Origin: Nitrospiraceae bacterium
GTDB lineage: Bacteria > Nitrospirota > Nitrospiria > Nitrospirales > Nitrospiraceae
Length of the DNA stretch: 64,000 nt
Reading direction: 5' to 3'
Assembly: GCA_037442105.1 (NCBI GenBank)
Contig: JBBIQV010000010.1
Location: forward strand, 1-64,000
Below the pieces are notes generated by a model. The model saw nothing but the letters and a program-made list of their open reading frames with translations, did no database searches and had not been told where the DNA came from. Below are positions 28,650-39,048 of this stretch, one piece after another (positions within the stretch are counted from its first letter, which is position 1; every line of letters begins with the position of its first letter). The position numbers and the translations under genes are program-made.

Positions 28650-29822
28650 ATGATGGAATTCCACGTCACGCAGACGGATCGAGAGAGCCGGGCCCGGCTC
28701 GGGGTGCTTCACACGGCCCATGGGGTTGTCGAAACCCCGACTTTCATGCCCGTTGGTTCGCTCGGACCTGTGAAGGGCATCGATCCACATGATCTTCAAG
28801 CGATTGGGTTCCGGTTGATGCTGAACAACGCCTATCATTTATATTTGCGTCCGGGGCACAAGATCGTCGCCGAATTGGGAGGGCTCCATACGTTTACGAC
28901 CTGGCCCGGCGCCATTCTGACTGATAGCGGAGGGTTTCAGGTGTTCAGCCTGGCCAAGCTCTGCAAGGTGACGGATGATGGAGTGAGCTTTCAGTCGCAT
29001 CTTGATGGGTCAACCCATTTCATCACGCCCGAGGTCGCCATAGAGATCCAGGAGGCGCTGGGAGCCGACATCATCATGGCGTTCGATCAGTGTGTGGCGT
29101 TGCCGTCATCTCCTGAACTGGTCTGCGACGCGGTCCGGCGCACCGCGCTCTGGGCGCGCAGATGTTTAATGGCGAAGCGTCGGGAGGATCAGGCCCTGTT
29201 TGGAATCGTTCAGGGGGGGCTGGATGCGGATTTGAGGATTCGCGCGGCGCGGGAACTCGTCGCATTGGACTTCGACGGTTATGCGATCGGCGGGTTATCG
29301 GTAGGCGAAGACAAGTCGGATATGTACGCCATGCTGGACGCGACCGTTCCTGAGTTGCCTGCGGCCAAGCCCCGGTATCTGATGGGGGTCGGCATGCCGG
29401 AAGATCTCATCGAAGGGGTGGTCCGAGGGATCGATATGTTCGACTGCGTGGTGCCCTCGCGGCATGGTCGAACGGGGTGGCTGTTTACCTCCTTCGGCCG
29501 TGTGGTGATCAAGCAAGCGCAATATCTTCGCGATGAGCGCCCGATCGATCTGGACTGCCGGTGTCCGGTCTGCCGGCGATATTCTCGATCCTACTTGCAT
29601 CACCTCTTTGCGACGAAGGAAATGCTCGGTGTGCGCCTCAACACGCTCCATAATCTCTGGTATTTTGCCTGCCTCATGCAAAGAATCCGCCGTGCTATTC
29701 ATGACGGGACCTTTGCGGACTATCGCGCCGAATTCTATGCATGTCGTGGAGGGGATGTGGGTCATGCCGAGACCGAAGAATCGGCCACCTCTGATGAATG
29801 GTCCTCAAGCCGAATGAGCTGA
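28650..29822 (+). CDS. tgt: tRNA-guanine transglycosylase
   Basis: 'ETPTFMPVG', 'LTDSGGFQVFSL', 'FGIVQGG', Zn site CxCxxC. Confidence 0.97.
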   Translation: MMEFHVTQTDRESRARLGVLHTAHGVVETPTFMPVGSLGPVKGIDPHDLQAIGFRLMLNNAYHLYLRPGHKIVAELGGLHTFTTWPGAILTDSGGFQVFSLAKLCKVTDDGVSFQSHLDGSTHFITPEVAIEIQEALGADIIMAFDQCVALPSSPELVCDAVRRTALWARRCLMAKRREDQALFGIVQGGLDADLRIRAARELVALDFDGYAIGGLSVGEDKSDMYAMLDATVPELPAAKPRYLMGVGMPEDLIEGVVRGIDMFDCVVPSRHGRTGWLFTSFGRVVIKQAQYLRDERPIDLDCRCPVCRRYSRSYLHHLFATKEMLGVRLNTLHNLWYFACLMQRIRRAIHDGTFADYRAEFYACRGGDVGHAETEESATSDEWSSSRMS

Positions 29823-29833
29823 GAAAGGCATCG

Positions 29834-30160
29834 ATGATCGTCACGTCACTTGCATGGGCACAATTGCCAGGAGGGGGCACGGGCTCCGGCGCTGGCAGTT
29901 TATTGTCCCTCGTACCGTTCGTTCTCATCTTTGTCATCTTTTATTTCCTGCTGATTCTCCCGCAGCAGAAAAAGCAGAAGCAGTTGAAGACGATGTTGGA
30001 GGCGCTGAAAAAGGGAGATAAGGTCGTCACCTCATCCGGTATTTGGGGCACCGTGACCAATATGGGGAAGGACACCGTCACGCTCCAGGTTTCGGACAAC
30101 ACCAAGATCAAGATCCAGAAGGAATTCATCTCGCGGCTTCGTGCCGATGATGAGGACTAA
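29834..30160 (+). CDS. yajC: Preprotein translocase subunit YajC
   Basis: 'IFYFLLILPQQK', 'LKKGDKVVTSSGIWG'; tgt-yajC-secD-secF synteny. Confidence 0.95.
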   Translation: MIVTSLAWAQLPGGGTGSGAGSLLSLVPFVLIFVIFYFLLILPQQKKQKQLKTMLEALKKGDKVVTSSGIWGTVTNMGKDTVTLQVSDNTKIKIQKEFISRLRADDED

Positions 30161-30221
30161 GTTCACGAGCAGGATGCTGAAAAAGGCTCCCGGCTTTTAG
30201 CGAAGAAGGAACGGCAGACGC

Positions 30222-31868
30222 ATGAAAAAGGTTGGCGGACGGTTCGCGTTGTTGGCGTTGGTGATCGTCGTATCCGTGATCTTCTTTTTACCTTCCTACC
30301 AGCCGCTCTATAAGGCGCTTCCCTACTGGCTGCGGACGGTGCTCCCCAACAAGGGGATCACCTTGGGACTCGACCTCCAGGGCGGCATCCACCTCGTGCT
30401 GGAAGTCGAAGAAGATCGGGCGGTGGAGATTGCCGTCGATCGGTCGGTGGTCGCGATTCAGGATCTCTTGGTGGATAAGAAGATTCCTGTGGAGTCGGTC
30501 AAGCGCACGACCCAGACCCAGGTGACCCTGTCTTTTCAGAGTGCCGATCTGAAGGCGCAAATCCAGAATCTTCTCTCGGAAGATTTTCCGACATTTTTCG
30601 AGGTCGAAAACCTCGGCACAGCCAACAGCCTCGTGTGGGAGTTGCGGGATACCGAAGTGAAACGAATCAAGGATTCGGCCATCAACCAGGCTTTGGAAAC
30701 TATCCGGAACCGGATCGACCAGTTCGGCGTGGCGGAGCCGTTGATTCAGCGCCAAGGGCTCAAGCAGATCGTCGTGCAATTACCCGGTGTGAAAGAACCG
30801 AAACGCGCCAAGGACTTGATCAAGGAGACGGCGCTGCTCGAGTTCAAAATGCTCGACGAAGATAACCTTCTCAAACTGGATTTGCCGGGCCGGGTGCAGA
30901 AGGGAAAGGAAGCGGAAGCCCTCAAGCAGGTCGAAGGGAAGATTCCCGAGGGGGACGAAATTCTGTTCGAACGGGTAGTGGAGAAGGACACGGGCCGGGA
31001 GTTTCGGGTGCCCTATTTGGTCAAAAAGCGGGTCATGCTGGCGGGCGATGTCCTCAATGACGCCCGCGTTTCGATCGGCCAGTTCAACGACCCGTATGTC
31101 GCGGTGAGCTTCGATGCCAAGGGCGCGCGCGAGTTCGACCGGATCACCGGCGAGAATGTGAAGAAGCGGATGGCGATCGTGCTGGACAATACGATCTATT
31201 CGGCACCCGTCATCCAAGAACGGATCAGCGGCGGGCGGGCCCAGATCACCGGAAGTTTCACCACCCAAGAAGCCAACGACTTGGCGATCGTCTTGCGCGC
31301 CGGCGCTCTCCCGGCTCCGCTGAAGATCATCCAGGACCTCACGGTCGGGCCTTCCTTGGGGCAAGACTCGATCGACAAGGGGATCGTTTCGACGCTGTTC
31401 GCCGGCGCCATGGTGGTCGTTTTCATGATGGTCTATTATCGGCTGTCCGGCGTCATCGCGGATTTCGCGCTGATTCTGAACCTTATCTGTCTCATCGGCG
31501 CCCTGGCGGCTTTGAATGCAACGCTCACCCTGCCCGGTATTGCGGGCATCATCCTGACGATCGGCATGGGCGTCGACTCCAACGTGCTGATCTTCGAACG
31601 TATCCGCGAAGAACTCCGCCAGGAGAAGCCGGTCCGTCTGGCCGTAGACGGCGGGTACGACAAGGCGCTTCTGACCATCATCGACTCGCACGTCACGACG
31701 CTCATCACCGGCTTCGCGCTGTTTCTGTTCGGCACGGGGCCTATTAAGGGGTTCGCGGTGACGCTGTGCGTCGGTATCGCCATCAACCTCTTTACGGCGC
31801 TGGTCGGCACCAAAGTCATTTTTGATCTGGTCAACCAGCGGCGCAAAGTCGAACGTTTAAGCATCTAG
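30222..31868 (+). CDS. secD: Protein translocase subunit SecD
   Basis: 'LGLDLQGG', 'RIDQFGVAEP', 'GMGVDSNVLIFERIREE'. Confidence 0.97.
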   Translation: MKKVGGRFALLALVIVVSVIFFLPSYQPLYKALPYWLRTVLPNKGITLGLDLQGGIHLVLEVEEDRAVEIAVDRSVVAIQDLLVDKKIPVESVKRTTQTQVTLSFQSADLKAQIQNLLSEDFPTFFEVENLGTANSLVWELRDTEVKRIKDSAINQALETIRNRIDQFGVAEPLIQRQGLKQIVVQLPGVKEPKRAKDLIKETALLEFKMLDEDNLLKLDLPGRVQKGKEAEALKQVEGKIPEGDEILFERVVEKDTGREFRVPYLVKKRVMLAGDVLNDARVSIGQFNDPYVAVSFDAKGAREFDRITGENVKKRMAIVLDNTIYSAPVIQERISGGRAQITGSFTTQEANDLAIVLRAGALPAPLKIIQDLTVGPSLGQDSIDKGIVSTLFAGAMVVVFMMVYYRLSGVIADFALILNLICLIGALAALNATLTLPGIAGIILTIGMGVDSNVLIFERIREELRQEKPVRLAVDGGYDKALLTIIDSHVTTLITGFALFLFGTGPIKGFAVTLCVGIAINLFTALVGTKVIFDLVNQRRKVERLSI

Positions 31869-31879
31869 AAGGAGCCTGC

Positions 31880-32797
31880 ATGTTCGAGATTCTTGGAAAG
31901 ACCAACATCGACTTTATGGGGAAACGTCGTATCGCCTTCGTGTTCTCCGGCATCATGGTCATGCTGGGCATCGTGGCGCTCATTCAGATCGGGCGCGGGG
32001 TTGCCAATCTCGGCATCGATTTCTCCGGCGGTACCGCCGTCCAGTTGAAGTTCGACCAGCCGGTTCGCATCGAGGAAGCCAGGAAGGCGTTGGAGTCCAA
32101 CGGATTGGGGAATGCCGAACTGCAAGAATTCGTCCAGGCGAACAAGCTGCTGATCCGGGTGAAAACCTCGACGACGATCGAAGAAAAAATCGCAGAGCGC
32201 GTCGTCGCAGTCTTCACGAAAGAGTTTCCAAATAATCGCCTCGTCGTGGATTCCAGCACCGAGATCGGACCGACCATCGGACAAAAGCTGCAGCAGGATG
32301 CGCTGATCGCCATCGTGATCTCGTTTGCCGGGATCGTGCTCTATATCGCGGTGCGGTTCGAATTGCGTTTCGGGGTTGCCGCGGCACTGGCGACGTTCCA
32401 CGACGTGCTCGCCGTCCTCGGCGCGTTTTACGTGCTGGACAAGGAAATTACATTGCTCGTCGTGACCGCATTGCTGACATTGGCCGGCTATTCGCTGACC
32501 GATACGGTAGTGGTTTTCGATCGTATTCGGGAAAACCTGAAGCTCCGGCGGCGGGATAATATCGAAACGGTCATCAACAACGGTGTCAACCAAGTCTTGA
32601 GCCGCACGATCGTGACCAGTTTGACGGTGGTCCTCGTGTTGATCCCGTTGACCCTTGCCGGTGGAGAAGTGCTGCACGACTTTTCGCTCGCGTTGCTGTG
32701 GGGCGTGATGTTCGGTACGTACTCGTCGGTCTTCGTCGCCAGCCCGCTACTGATCATCTGGCCTGGAGGCCCTGGCCGTCTCCTGAAGCGAGGCTAG
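31880..32797 (+). CDS. secF: Protein translocase subunit SecF
   Basis: 'GIDFSGG', 'GYSLTDTVVVFDRIRE', 'GTYSS'. Confidence 0.97.
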   Translation: MFEILGKTNIDFMGKRRIAFVFSGIMVMLGIVALIQIGRGVANLGIDFSGGTAVQLKFDQPVRIEEARKALESNGLGNAELQEFVQANKLLIRVKTSTTIEEKIAERVVAVFTKEFPNNRLVVDSSTEIGPTIGQKLQQDALIAIVISFAGIVLYIAVRFELRFGVAAALATFHDVLAVLGAFYVLDKEITLLVVTALLTLAGYSLTDTVVVFDRIRENLKLRRRDNIETVINNGVNQVLSRTIVTSLTVVLVLIPLTLAGGEVLHDFSLALLWGVMFGTYSSVFVASPLLIIWPGGPGRLLKRG

Positions 32798-32798
32798 C

Positions 32799-33008
32799 TA
32801 GCCCGCATGATTCATGAGCACTTCTGCTGCAATCGCTACAAAATGAGTAGCTGGCAGCGAACAGCTGGTAGCGACAGACAGGCAGCTCGGAGCTTCACAC
32901 TCCCATGCTATTCGCCATTAGCTATCAGCTATTCGCTTCTGTTTGAGAGCTATGCGCTACGTGCTATTCGCTGATTTCGCGACGAACCGTCATGAATAAT
33001 GCGGGCTA
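32799..33008. mobile_element. MITE-like element, copy 2 (210 bp)
   Basis: 18/19 TIR TAGCCCGCATGATTCATGA / TCATGAATAATGCGGGCTA; 27-bp and 31-bp subterminal stretches identical to copy 1; interior of GCTATTC-type heptamers. Confidence 0.8.
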
Positions 33009-33097
33009 AGTCTCGATGCGTCGTGGTGGTACAGGCTACAAGCCGCTGTTCCTGTTCTGATATGATGCCAATCACGCCTGTCTAACCTCTTGGCCAT

Positions 33098-36000
33098 ATG
33101 ACATTCTGGAGTCGGTCTCACAGCCTCCAGCGCAAGATCATCGCGGCGATCGTGATGGTCGGTCTCCTGCCTCTCACCTTGTCTCTTGCCCTGACGTATA
33201 TCGAAGAACGCCGCGCGCTGCGCGAGACGATCGGCGCGAGCTTCAAGGAAGTGGCGGTCGAAACGGCGCGCCGTATCGAGATGCAGGTCACACGCGGCAT
33301 CAATGAGGCCCAGCAATTGGCCACGACCCCGTTCCTTCGCACGGCAGTCTCGGAAGCGAATCGGACTTACGCAGACAAGGACGAGCGCAGTATTGAAGGG
33401 ATGATTCGCGACTGGCAGCAGCGCTGGCGTGACCGGGATCGCCACAGCGAGTTCCCGCTCTTCATCAACCGCATCGTCACCAATTATCTTATCCGGTGGC
33501 ATGACATCCGAAAGGCCGACTACGTCGGCATCTTCGTGACCGATAACCGGGGCGCGCTGGTAGTCAGCTCGATTCCTCAGGTTGAGTATTACTACGGCAA
33601 GACTGCCTGGTGGCAGTCGGTGGTTCAGAAGGGGCAGGGGCGGGTGCATGTGAGCGACATCTTCTTCGACCCGTCGTTCGGGACTCATGTGGTCAACGTC
33701 TCGGCGCCGATTCTGGACGACGAACAGCACGTGACCATCGGGGCTGTGACCATCTTGTTGCGCCGCGATACCCTTTTCCACGCGATCTCCGAAGTTACGG
33801 TCGGGCAGACCGGCCATGCCATGCTGCTGAGCACTGAAGGCAATCCGCTGATCTGCCCGATCTTGGCGCCGGAGGAACATTCGATCACGCCGGAAATCAT
33901 CGAGGCCGTCCGTCCCTCGCGCGCTGGATGGACCACTGCAGCGGACGATACGCACGGCGGGCGGAATTCTCTGGTCGGATTCGCACCGGTGCGATTAGGG
34001 GAGGACTTGACGCCGGACAGTCTGGGCGGCAAGCGGTGGGTCACCTTTGTCAGGCAGGATCCAGAGGAGACGTATGCCCCGCTCGGTCAGCTCGTCTTGA
34101 AAGTGGTTGCATACGGCGTGCTGGTGTTGGCGGTCTTGTGGGGAACGGGTATTGCGGTGGCGCGCCGGATCGCCAAGCCGATTCGAATCCTCCATGACGG
34201 CGTCCGGGAGATCGGAAGCGGACGTCTGGATCAGCGGATCGAGCTGAAGACGGGCGATGAAATCGAACGCCTCGCGGATGCCTTCAACAAGATGGCGGCC
34301 AATCTGAAGCTGTCTTTCAGCCACATCGAGCAGCGTATGGCGGAAGTGCGTCAACTGGAAGAGAAGTATCGGGATCTGATCGAGCACTCCCCGGAAATGA
34401 TTTATCAGCTCAACCGCGCCGGGCAGTTTGTGCACGTGAACAAGACGGGGCTGGAGAAACTGGGGTATTCGCTCGATGCTATGCTGCAGATGCGTCTTTG
34501 GGATCTGGTCCCGAAGGGGCAAGAAACCGAGGTGCTGGCCTACCTGGAGCGGCTCGTGTCCCAAGGTAGCAGCACGATGCAAACCGTCTTGCTGTGCCAA
34601 GACGGCCGACCCATCGATGTGGAAATTCACGCCACGGCGCTTTTCGATGCGGCAGGCGGCGGCCTGGTCCATTCCCGCGCGTTTGTGCGCGACATTACGG
34701 AGCGCCGGAAGCTCGAACGGCAAGTGGAGCAGTACACTACCAGGCTGGAACAGGTGGTGCAGGAACGGACCGAACAACTCGTGGCGTCTCAAGCTCGGTA
34801 TAAGGCGTTGTTCGATCTGGTTGCGGATTCCGTTTTCATGGTTGATGCGCAGGGTGTGATCGTCGCGGTCAACAAGCGCGAGGAGCAGGCGTTGGGGCAT
34901 GCGGAGCAGGATGTCGTCGGGAAGAAGGTACTTGAGGTGGTCTTGCCGGGCTACCGGACGGCGCTGTTCGGACTGATTCAGGATATTGTTGCCGGCCAAC
35001 GGCGGGTCCCGACGCGGGAGATCACCGTGTGGGACGGAGCCGGTCGGGAGACATCGGTGGAGATGGACCTCATTCGGGTGGATGGCGCGTCGCAACCCTT
35101 GGTCATGGTTCAGTTGAGAGACATCACGGATCGCAAGCGGCTGGAACGTCAGCTCCAAACCTACCGGGAGGAATTGGAGTTGAAAGTGCATGAGCGAACG
35201 CGGGAGATTGAAGACACCAAACAATACCTGGAGAACCTACTCGAGAACGCGAACGACGTCATCTATACCCTCGATCCGGATCAGCACTTCACCTATGTCA
35301 ACGGCAAAGTCGAAGCCTGGGGGTATCAGAAAGAAGATCTGATCGGGCGCCCGTATCTCTCGTTACTCTCGAAGCGCCACCGCGGCCGGCGGCTCAAGAA
35401 TACCTTGGATATTGGCGCCAAGCAGGTCTATGAGGTCGAAGTGATGACCAAGCGCGGCGAGACCCGCTCCGTGATGGTGAGCGTGTCTCCGTTGGTGGGA
35501 GTCGAGGGGGGAATCCTTGGCGTGTTGGGGATCGCTCGCGATATGACCGAGACCAAGAAACTCGAGCGGCAGATTCTGAGCTCGGAAAAAATGGCCTCGG
35601 TCGGAAAGCTCGCTGCCGGCGTGGCCCATGAGATCAACAACCCGCTCGGCGGGATACTCAATTGTCTCTACAATCTTCGCAAGGGTGCGTTATCGGCGGC
35701 GAGACAGGAAGAATATCTCGTCTCGATGGAGGACGGCCTGCGACGGGTTCAAAAGATCGTCCGCCAGTTGTTGGATTTTTCGCAGCAGCACGAGCCGGAG
35801 CTGTCGCCGGCGGGCATCAATCATATTGTCGAGCGGGTGTTGGTCCTGACCAACCACTTGTTCGGTCCGAACCGGATCGTGCTGGAAACGGACCTCGGAC
35901 GCGATCTGCCGGATCTCCTGGTCGATCGGCATATGATCGAACAGGTGCTGATGAACCTGATCTTGAATGCCGTTCAGGCAATGAAACACGGCGGAGTTCT

Positions 36001-36277
36001 CACGCTGCAGACGGCGGTGGTCGAGGGGATGTGCCAGGTCGAGGTGAAAGATACCGGGTGCGGGATCCCCGCGTCGGTCCTGCCCAAGATCTTCGATCCG
36101 TTTTTCACGACCAAGGGAGAGGGGGAGGGCACGGGCTTGGGCTTGTCGGTGAGCCTGGGAATCGTCGAGCGGCACGGCGGTAAGATCCTCGTCGAAAGCG
36201 AGGTCGGACGAGGGACAACCTTTACCTTGTGTCTTCCGGTCGTGCGTGATCGGGCGGCCATCGGGAGGATGTCGTGA
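33098..36277 (+). CDS. Sensor histidine kinase (Cache-HAMP-3xPAS-HisKA-HATPase)
   Basis: 2 TM around periplasmic domain, HAMP 'GDEIERLADAFNKM', PAS 'RDITER', H-box 'AHEINNP', 'FFTTK..GTGLGL'. Confidence 0.95.
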   Translation: MTFWSRSHSLQRKIIAAIVMVGLLPLTLSLALTYIEERRALRETIGASFKEVAVETARRIEMQVTRGINEAQQLATTPFLRTAVSEANRTYADKDERSIEGMIRDWQQRWRDRDRHSEFPLFINRIVTNYLIRWHDIRKADYVGIFVTDNRGALVVSSIPQVEYYYGKTAWWQSVVQKGQGRVHVSDIFFDPSFGTHVVNVSAPILDDEQHVTIGAVTILLRRDTLFHAISEVTVGQTGHAMLLSTEGNPLICPILAPEEHSITPEIIEAVRPSRAGWTTAADDTHGGRNSLVGFAPVRLGEDLTPDSLGGKRWVTFVRQDPEETYAPLGQLVLKVVAYGVLVLAVLWGTGIAVARRIAKPIRILHDGVREIGSGRLDQRIELKTGDEIERLADAFNKMAANLKLSFSHIEQRMAEVRQLEEKYRDLIEHSPEMIYQLNRAGQFVHVNKTGLEKLGYSLDAMLQMRLWDLVPKGQETEVLAYLERLVSQGSSTMQTVLLCQDGRPIDVEIHATALFDAAGGGLVHSRAFVRDITERRKLERQVEQYTTRLEQVVQERTEQLVASQARYKALFDLVADSVFMVDAQGVIVAVNKREEQALGHAEQDVVGKKVLEVVLPGYRTALFGLIQDIVAGQRRVPTREITVWDGAGRETSVEMDLIRVDGASQPLVMVQLRDITDRKRLERQLQTYREELELKVHERTREIEDTKQYLENLLENANDVIYTLDPDQHFTYVNGKVEAWGYQKEDLIGRPYLSLLSKRHRGRRLKNTLDIGAKQVYEVEVMTKRGETRSVMVSVSPLVGVEGGILGVLGIARDMTETKKLERQILSSEKMASVGKLAAGVAHEINNPLGGILNCLYNLRKGALSAARQEEYLVSMEDGLRRVQKIVRQLLDFSQQHEPELSPAGINHIVERVLVLTNHLFGPNRIVLETDLGRDLPDLLVDRHMIEQVLMNLILNAVQAMKHGGVLTLQTAVVEGMCQVEVKDTGCGIPASVLPKIFDPFFTTKGEGEGTGLGLSVSLGIVERHGGKILVESEVGRGTTFTLCLPVVRDRAAIGRMS

Positions 36278-37716
36278 AAGGGCTCCCGATTCTGATCGTG
36301 GACGATGAACCCTTGATGCGGCTTTCGATGGTCGACGCCTTGGAAGCGGTGGGTTACGACGTCCATGCCGCCGCCACGGGCCTCGAAGGCCTCGAGGCGC
36401 TCGCCAAACGACAGTTTGATCTCGTCATCACCGATCTGCGCATGCCTGGGGCGGACGGGCTCTCCATCTTGAAAGCTTGCAAGGAACAATTGCCGCAGAC
36501 GGAAGTGGTGGTGATCACCGCCCACGGTTCTGTGGAGACCGCCGTCGGCGCCATGAAGCTCGGCGCGTACGACTACATCACCAAGCCATTCCAGATGGAG
36601 GAGTTGCTGCTCATCGTCGAGCGCGCGACCAAAGTGCTCGCTCTTCGCCGCGAGAATCAGCAGCTCAAACAGGCGCTCGACGAAAAGTTCAGTTTTGAAG
36701 GCATCTTGTGCCGGAACGATCGGATGCGTGCCGTGCTGGACAAGATCAAACTCGTGGCGGGCACCGATTCCACGGTATTGATCGTCGGGGAGAGCGGTAC
36801 GGGAAAAGAGTTGGTTGCGAACGCGCTTCATCGGAACAGCCCGCGTAAGGACCACCCCTTGATCAAAGTGAGCTGCGCCGCTTTGCCGGAAACGCTGCTG
36901 GAAGCGGAGCTGTTCGGGCACGAGAAAGGGGCGTTCACCGGGGCGTTACGCCAGCGGCGCGGCCGTTTCGAACTTGCTCACAAGGGAACGCTGTTTCTCG
37001 ATGAGATCGGGGAGATCTCGCTGGTGGTCCAGGTGAAACTCTTGCGTGTGTTGCAAGAGCGGCAGTTCGAACGCGTGGGAGGGAATGAAACGATCGAAGC
37101 GGACGTGCGACTGGTCTGCGCGACTCAGAAAGACCTCAAGAAGGAAGTCGCCCAGGGACGGTTCCGGGAGGATCTCTTCTACCGGCTCAATGTGGTGCAG
37201 ATCAACCTGCCGCCCCTACGCGAACGCCAGGAAGATGTCTTTCTGATCGCCGAACAGGTGCTCCAGACGCGCTCAACGCGGATGAACAAGTCCTTGCGGG
37301 GCTTTTCGCAGGCCTCGCGGGAACTTCTGCTCCGCTATTCTTTCCCCGGCAATGTGCGCGAGCTGGAGAACATGGTGGAGCGGGCGGTGGCGCTCGGCAA
37401 GGATCGGGATGTGGTGCAACCGTGGGATCTCTGCGGATTTCAGATCTGTCCGTATCTAGGCGGGCCCCCGCAGGAGTCCTGCGGGTTCTGCAGCGAAGGA
37501 TTGACGACCAAGAAGAGAGGGGCCGACACGCCGCTGACATCTTTGGCGGCGGCCAGGGATCAATTTGAGAAGGAATACATTCTTTCCATCTTAGAGCGGG
37601 TCGACGGAAACCGGACGATGGCGTCCCAGATTCTGGGACTCTCCCGAAAGGGGCTCTGGGAGAAGTGCAAGCGGCACGGGATTCCGTCGGCTAGAGAGGA
37701 GTCCGAAGAGGAGTAA
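36274..37716 (+). CDS. NtrC-family sigma54-dependent response regulator
   Basis: Receiver 'VDDE..TDLRMP', 'GESGTGKE', GAFTGA, 'LFLDEIG', Fis HTH; overlaps kinase stop. Confidence 0.95.
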   Translation: MKGLPILIVDDEPLMRLSMVDALEAVGYDVHAAATGLEGLEALAKRQFDLVITDLRMPGADGLSILKACKEQLPQTEVVVITAHGSVETAVGAMKLGAYDYITKPFQMEELLLIVERATKVLALRRENQQLKQALDEKFSFEGILCRNDRMRAVLDKIKLVAGTDSTVLIVGESGTGKELVANALHRNSPRKDHPLIKVSCAALPETLLEAELFGHEKGAFTGALRQRRGRFELAHKGTLFLDEIGEISLVVQVKLLRVLQERQFERVGGNETIEADVRLVCATQKDLKKEVAQGRFREDLFYRLNVVQINLPPLRERQEDVFLIAEQVLQTRSTRMNKSLRGFSQASRELLLRYSFPGNVRELENMVERAVALGKDRDVVQPWDLCGFQICPYLGGPPQESCGFCSEGLTTKKRGADTPLTSLAAARDQFEKEYILSILERVDGNRTMASQILGLSRKGLWEKCKRHGIPSAREESEEE

Positions 37717-37719
37717 CGG

Positions 37720-38823
37720 CTACTCCGTCGGCTCCGGCCCGCCTTCCCACAACTTGATGGTTCGGTCCCAGGAGGCCGTGGCCAGACGCAATCCGTCCGG
37801 GGAAAAGGTCACGCAGCGCACATGACCCTCGTGTCCCTTGAGGGTTCGGAACGGGCGGCCGGTCGCAATGTCCCAGAACTTGATCGTATTGTCGTCCGCA
37901 GCGCTGACGAGGACTTTGCCGTCCGGCGAAACGGCCAGCGACCGTATCCATCCGGAATGCCCTCTCAGCGTGCGGACCTCATTCGCTTGCGGCATTTCAA
38001 AGAACTTGATGGTGGTGTCGCGGCTGCCGGTGATCAATAACTTGGCATCCGGGGTGAAGGTCATCGCGCCGATCCAATACTCCATCGGTTTTTGGAAGCC
38101 GCCGTCGTCTTCGATGAAGAAGCCACGAGTCTCCGTCGAATCTTCTTCCGCCTCTTGCCAATGCCCGTTGTGAAGGATTTTTTCCTCTCCGCTCGGGAGC
38201 ACTTCCCAGATCTTGATCTTGCCGATATCCGTCCCGCTGGCGAGATGAATCCCGTCCGGTGAGAAGGCTACACAGACCGACCAATGGTGGTCATACTGGT
38301 CTTTGCCGAGTAGGGTCATGAGTTCGGTGCCGGTCGTGATTTCCCAGATCTTGATGTCTTTGTTGTGGCTGCCTCGAGCCAGCATCAAGCCGTCCGGGGA
38401 CAAGGACAGACTGACGACGTTGTGGTCGTAGCGCGTAAACAGGAGCTTCATCGGCTCCCCGGTGTTCGGGTTCCACAGCCGGATTGTCCGATCTTCGCTG
38501 CCGGTCGCTAAGGTTCGGCCGTCCGGCGTGAAGGCGACGGCGCGAATGTCATGCGTATGGCCGCGCAATGATCGAAGCAAGCGTCCTGTCTCGATGTCCC
38601 AGATCCGAATCAGCCGATCGACCCCGCCACTGGCGAGTGTCTGTCCGTCCGGTGCAAAGGCGACGGCCCAGATTCCGTGCGAGTGACCGCGAAATGTCTT
38701 GATCTCCCGGAGGTCCGTTTGCCAATACTCCAGAAAGTCGGTCTGTTGCTGAAGGCGCTCTGGATGAGTCGGCGTCGAAGCGGTGATCGTGGATGTCGGT
38801 GGAGTGGAAAGCTGGTCAGCCAT
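37720..38823 (-). CDS. WD40-repeat protein
   Basis: Repeats 'GH...I.AVAF.PDG..LA.G..D..I..W'; ATG at 38823 with GAGGA RBS. Confidence 0.92.
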   Translation of the reverse strand: MADQLSTPPTSTITASTPTHPERLQQQTDFLEYWQTDLREIKTFRGHSHGIWAVAFAPDGQTLASGGVDRLIRIWDIETGRLLRSLRGHTHDIRAVAFTPDGRTLATGSEDRTIRLWNPNTGEPMKLLFTRYDHNVVSLSLSPDGLMLARGSHNKDIKIWEITTGTELMTLLGKDQYDHHWSVCVAFSPDGIHLASGTDIGKIKIWEVLPSGEEKILHNGHWQEAEEDSTETRGFFIEDDGGFQKPMEYWIGAMTFTPDAKLLITGSRDTTIKFFEMPQANEVRTLRGHSGWIRSLAVSPDGKVLVSAADDNTIKFWDIATGRPFRTLKGHEGHVRCVTFSPDGLRLATASWDRTIKLWEGGPEPTE

Positions 38824-39048
38824 TCGTGCGTTCCTCATCAATAAACGGGTGGTTCCGGCGTCTGGCCTCTTGCCCGTGGTTTGCAAATCCGAATCCCAGG
38901 CCAGTATAATCCTTCGCGGCTTTCAAAGAATCGTAAGAGAAGCTGAGCCGCCAAGTCAAGCCACAGGAAGCGCGTTTCAGGGGGTTGGCTTGTGAAGTAG
39001 TCAGTGACTGCCTCCCAATCATCAATTCGTGTCTAACCGAGGTCTGTA

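Noticed and set aside
30166..30200. AGCAGGATGCTGAAAAAG..CTTTTAGC between yajC and secD, possibly a repeat-element end
   Set aside because: Single short occurrence in the window; cannot be supported.
11904..33008. Repeated ~30-bp sequences as a possible CRISPR array
   Set aside because: Copies are 21 kb apart and form inverted termini, not tandem repeat-spacer units; no cas genes.
38824..39048. Sigma54 (-24/-12) promoters expected near the NtrC-like regulator
   Set aside because: No convincing TGGCAC-N5-TTGC found by eye in this or the other intergenic regions checked.
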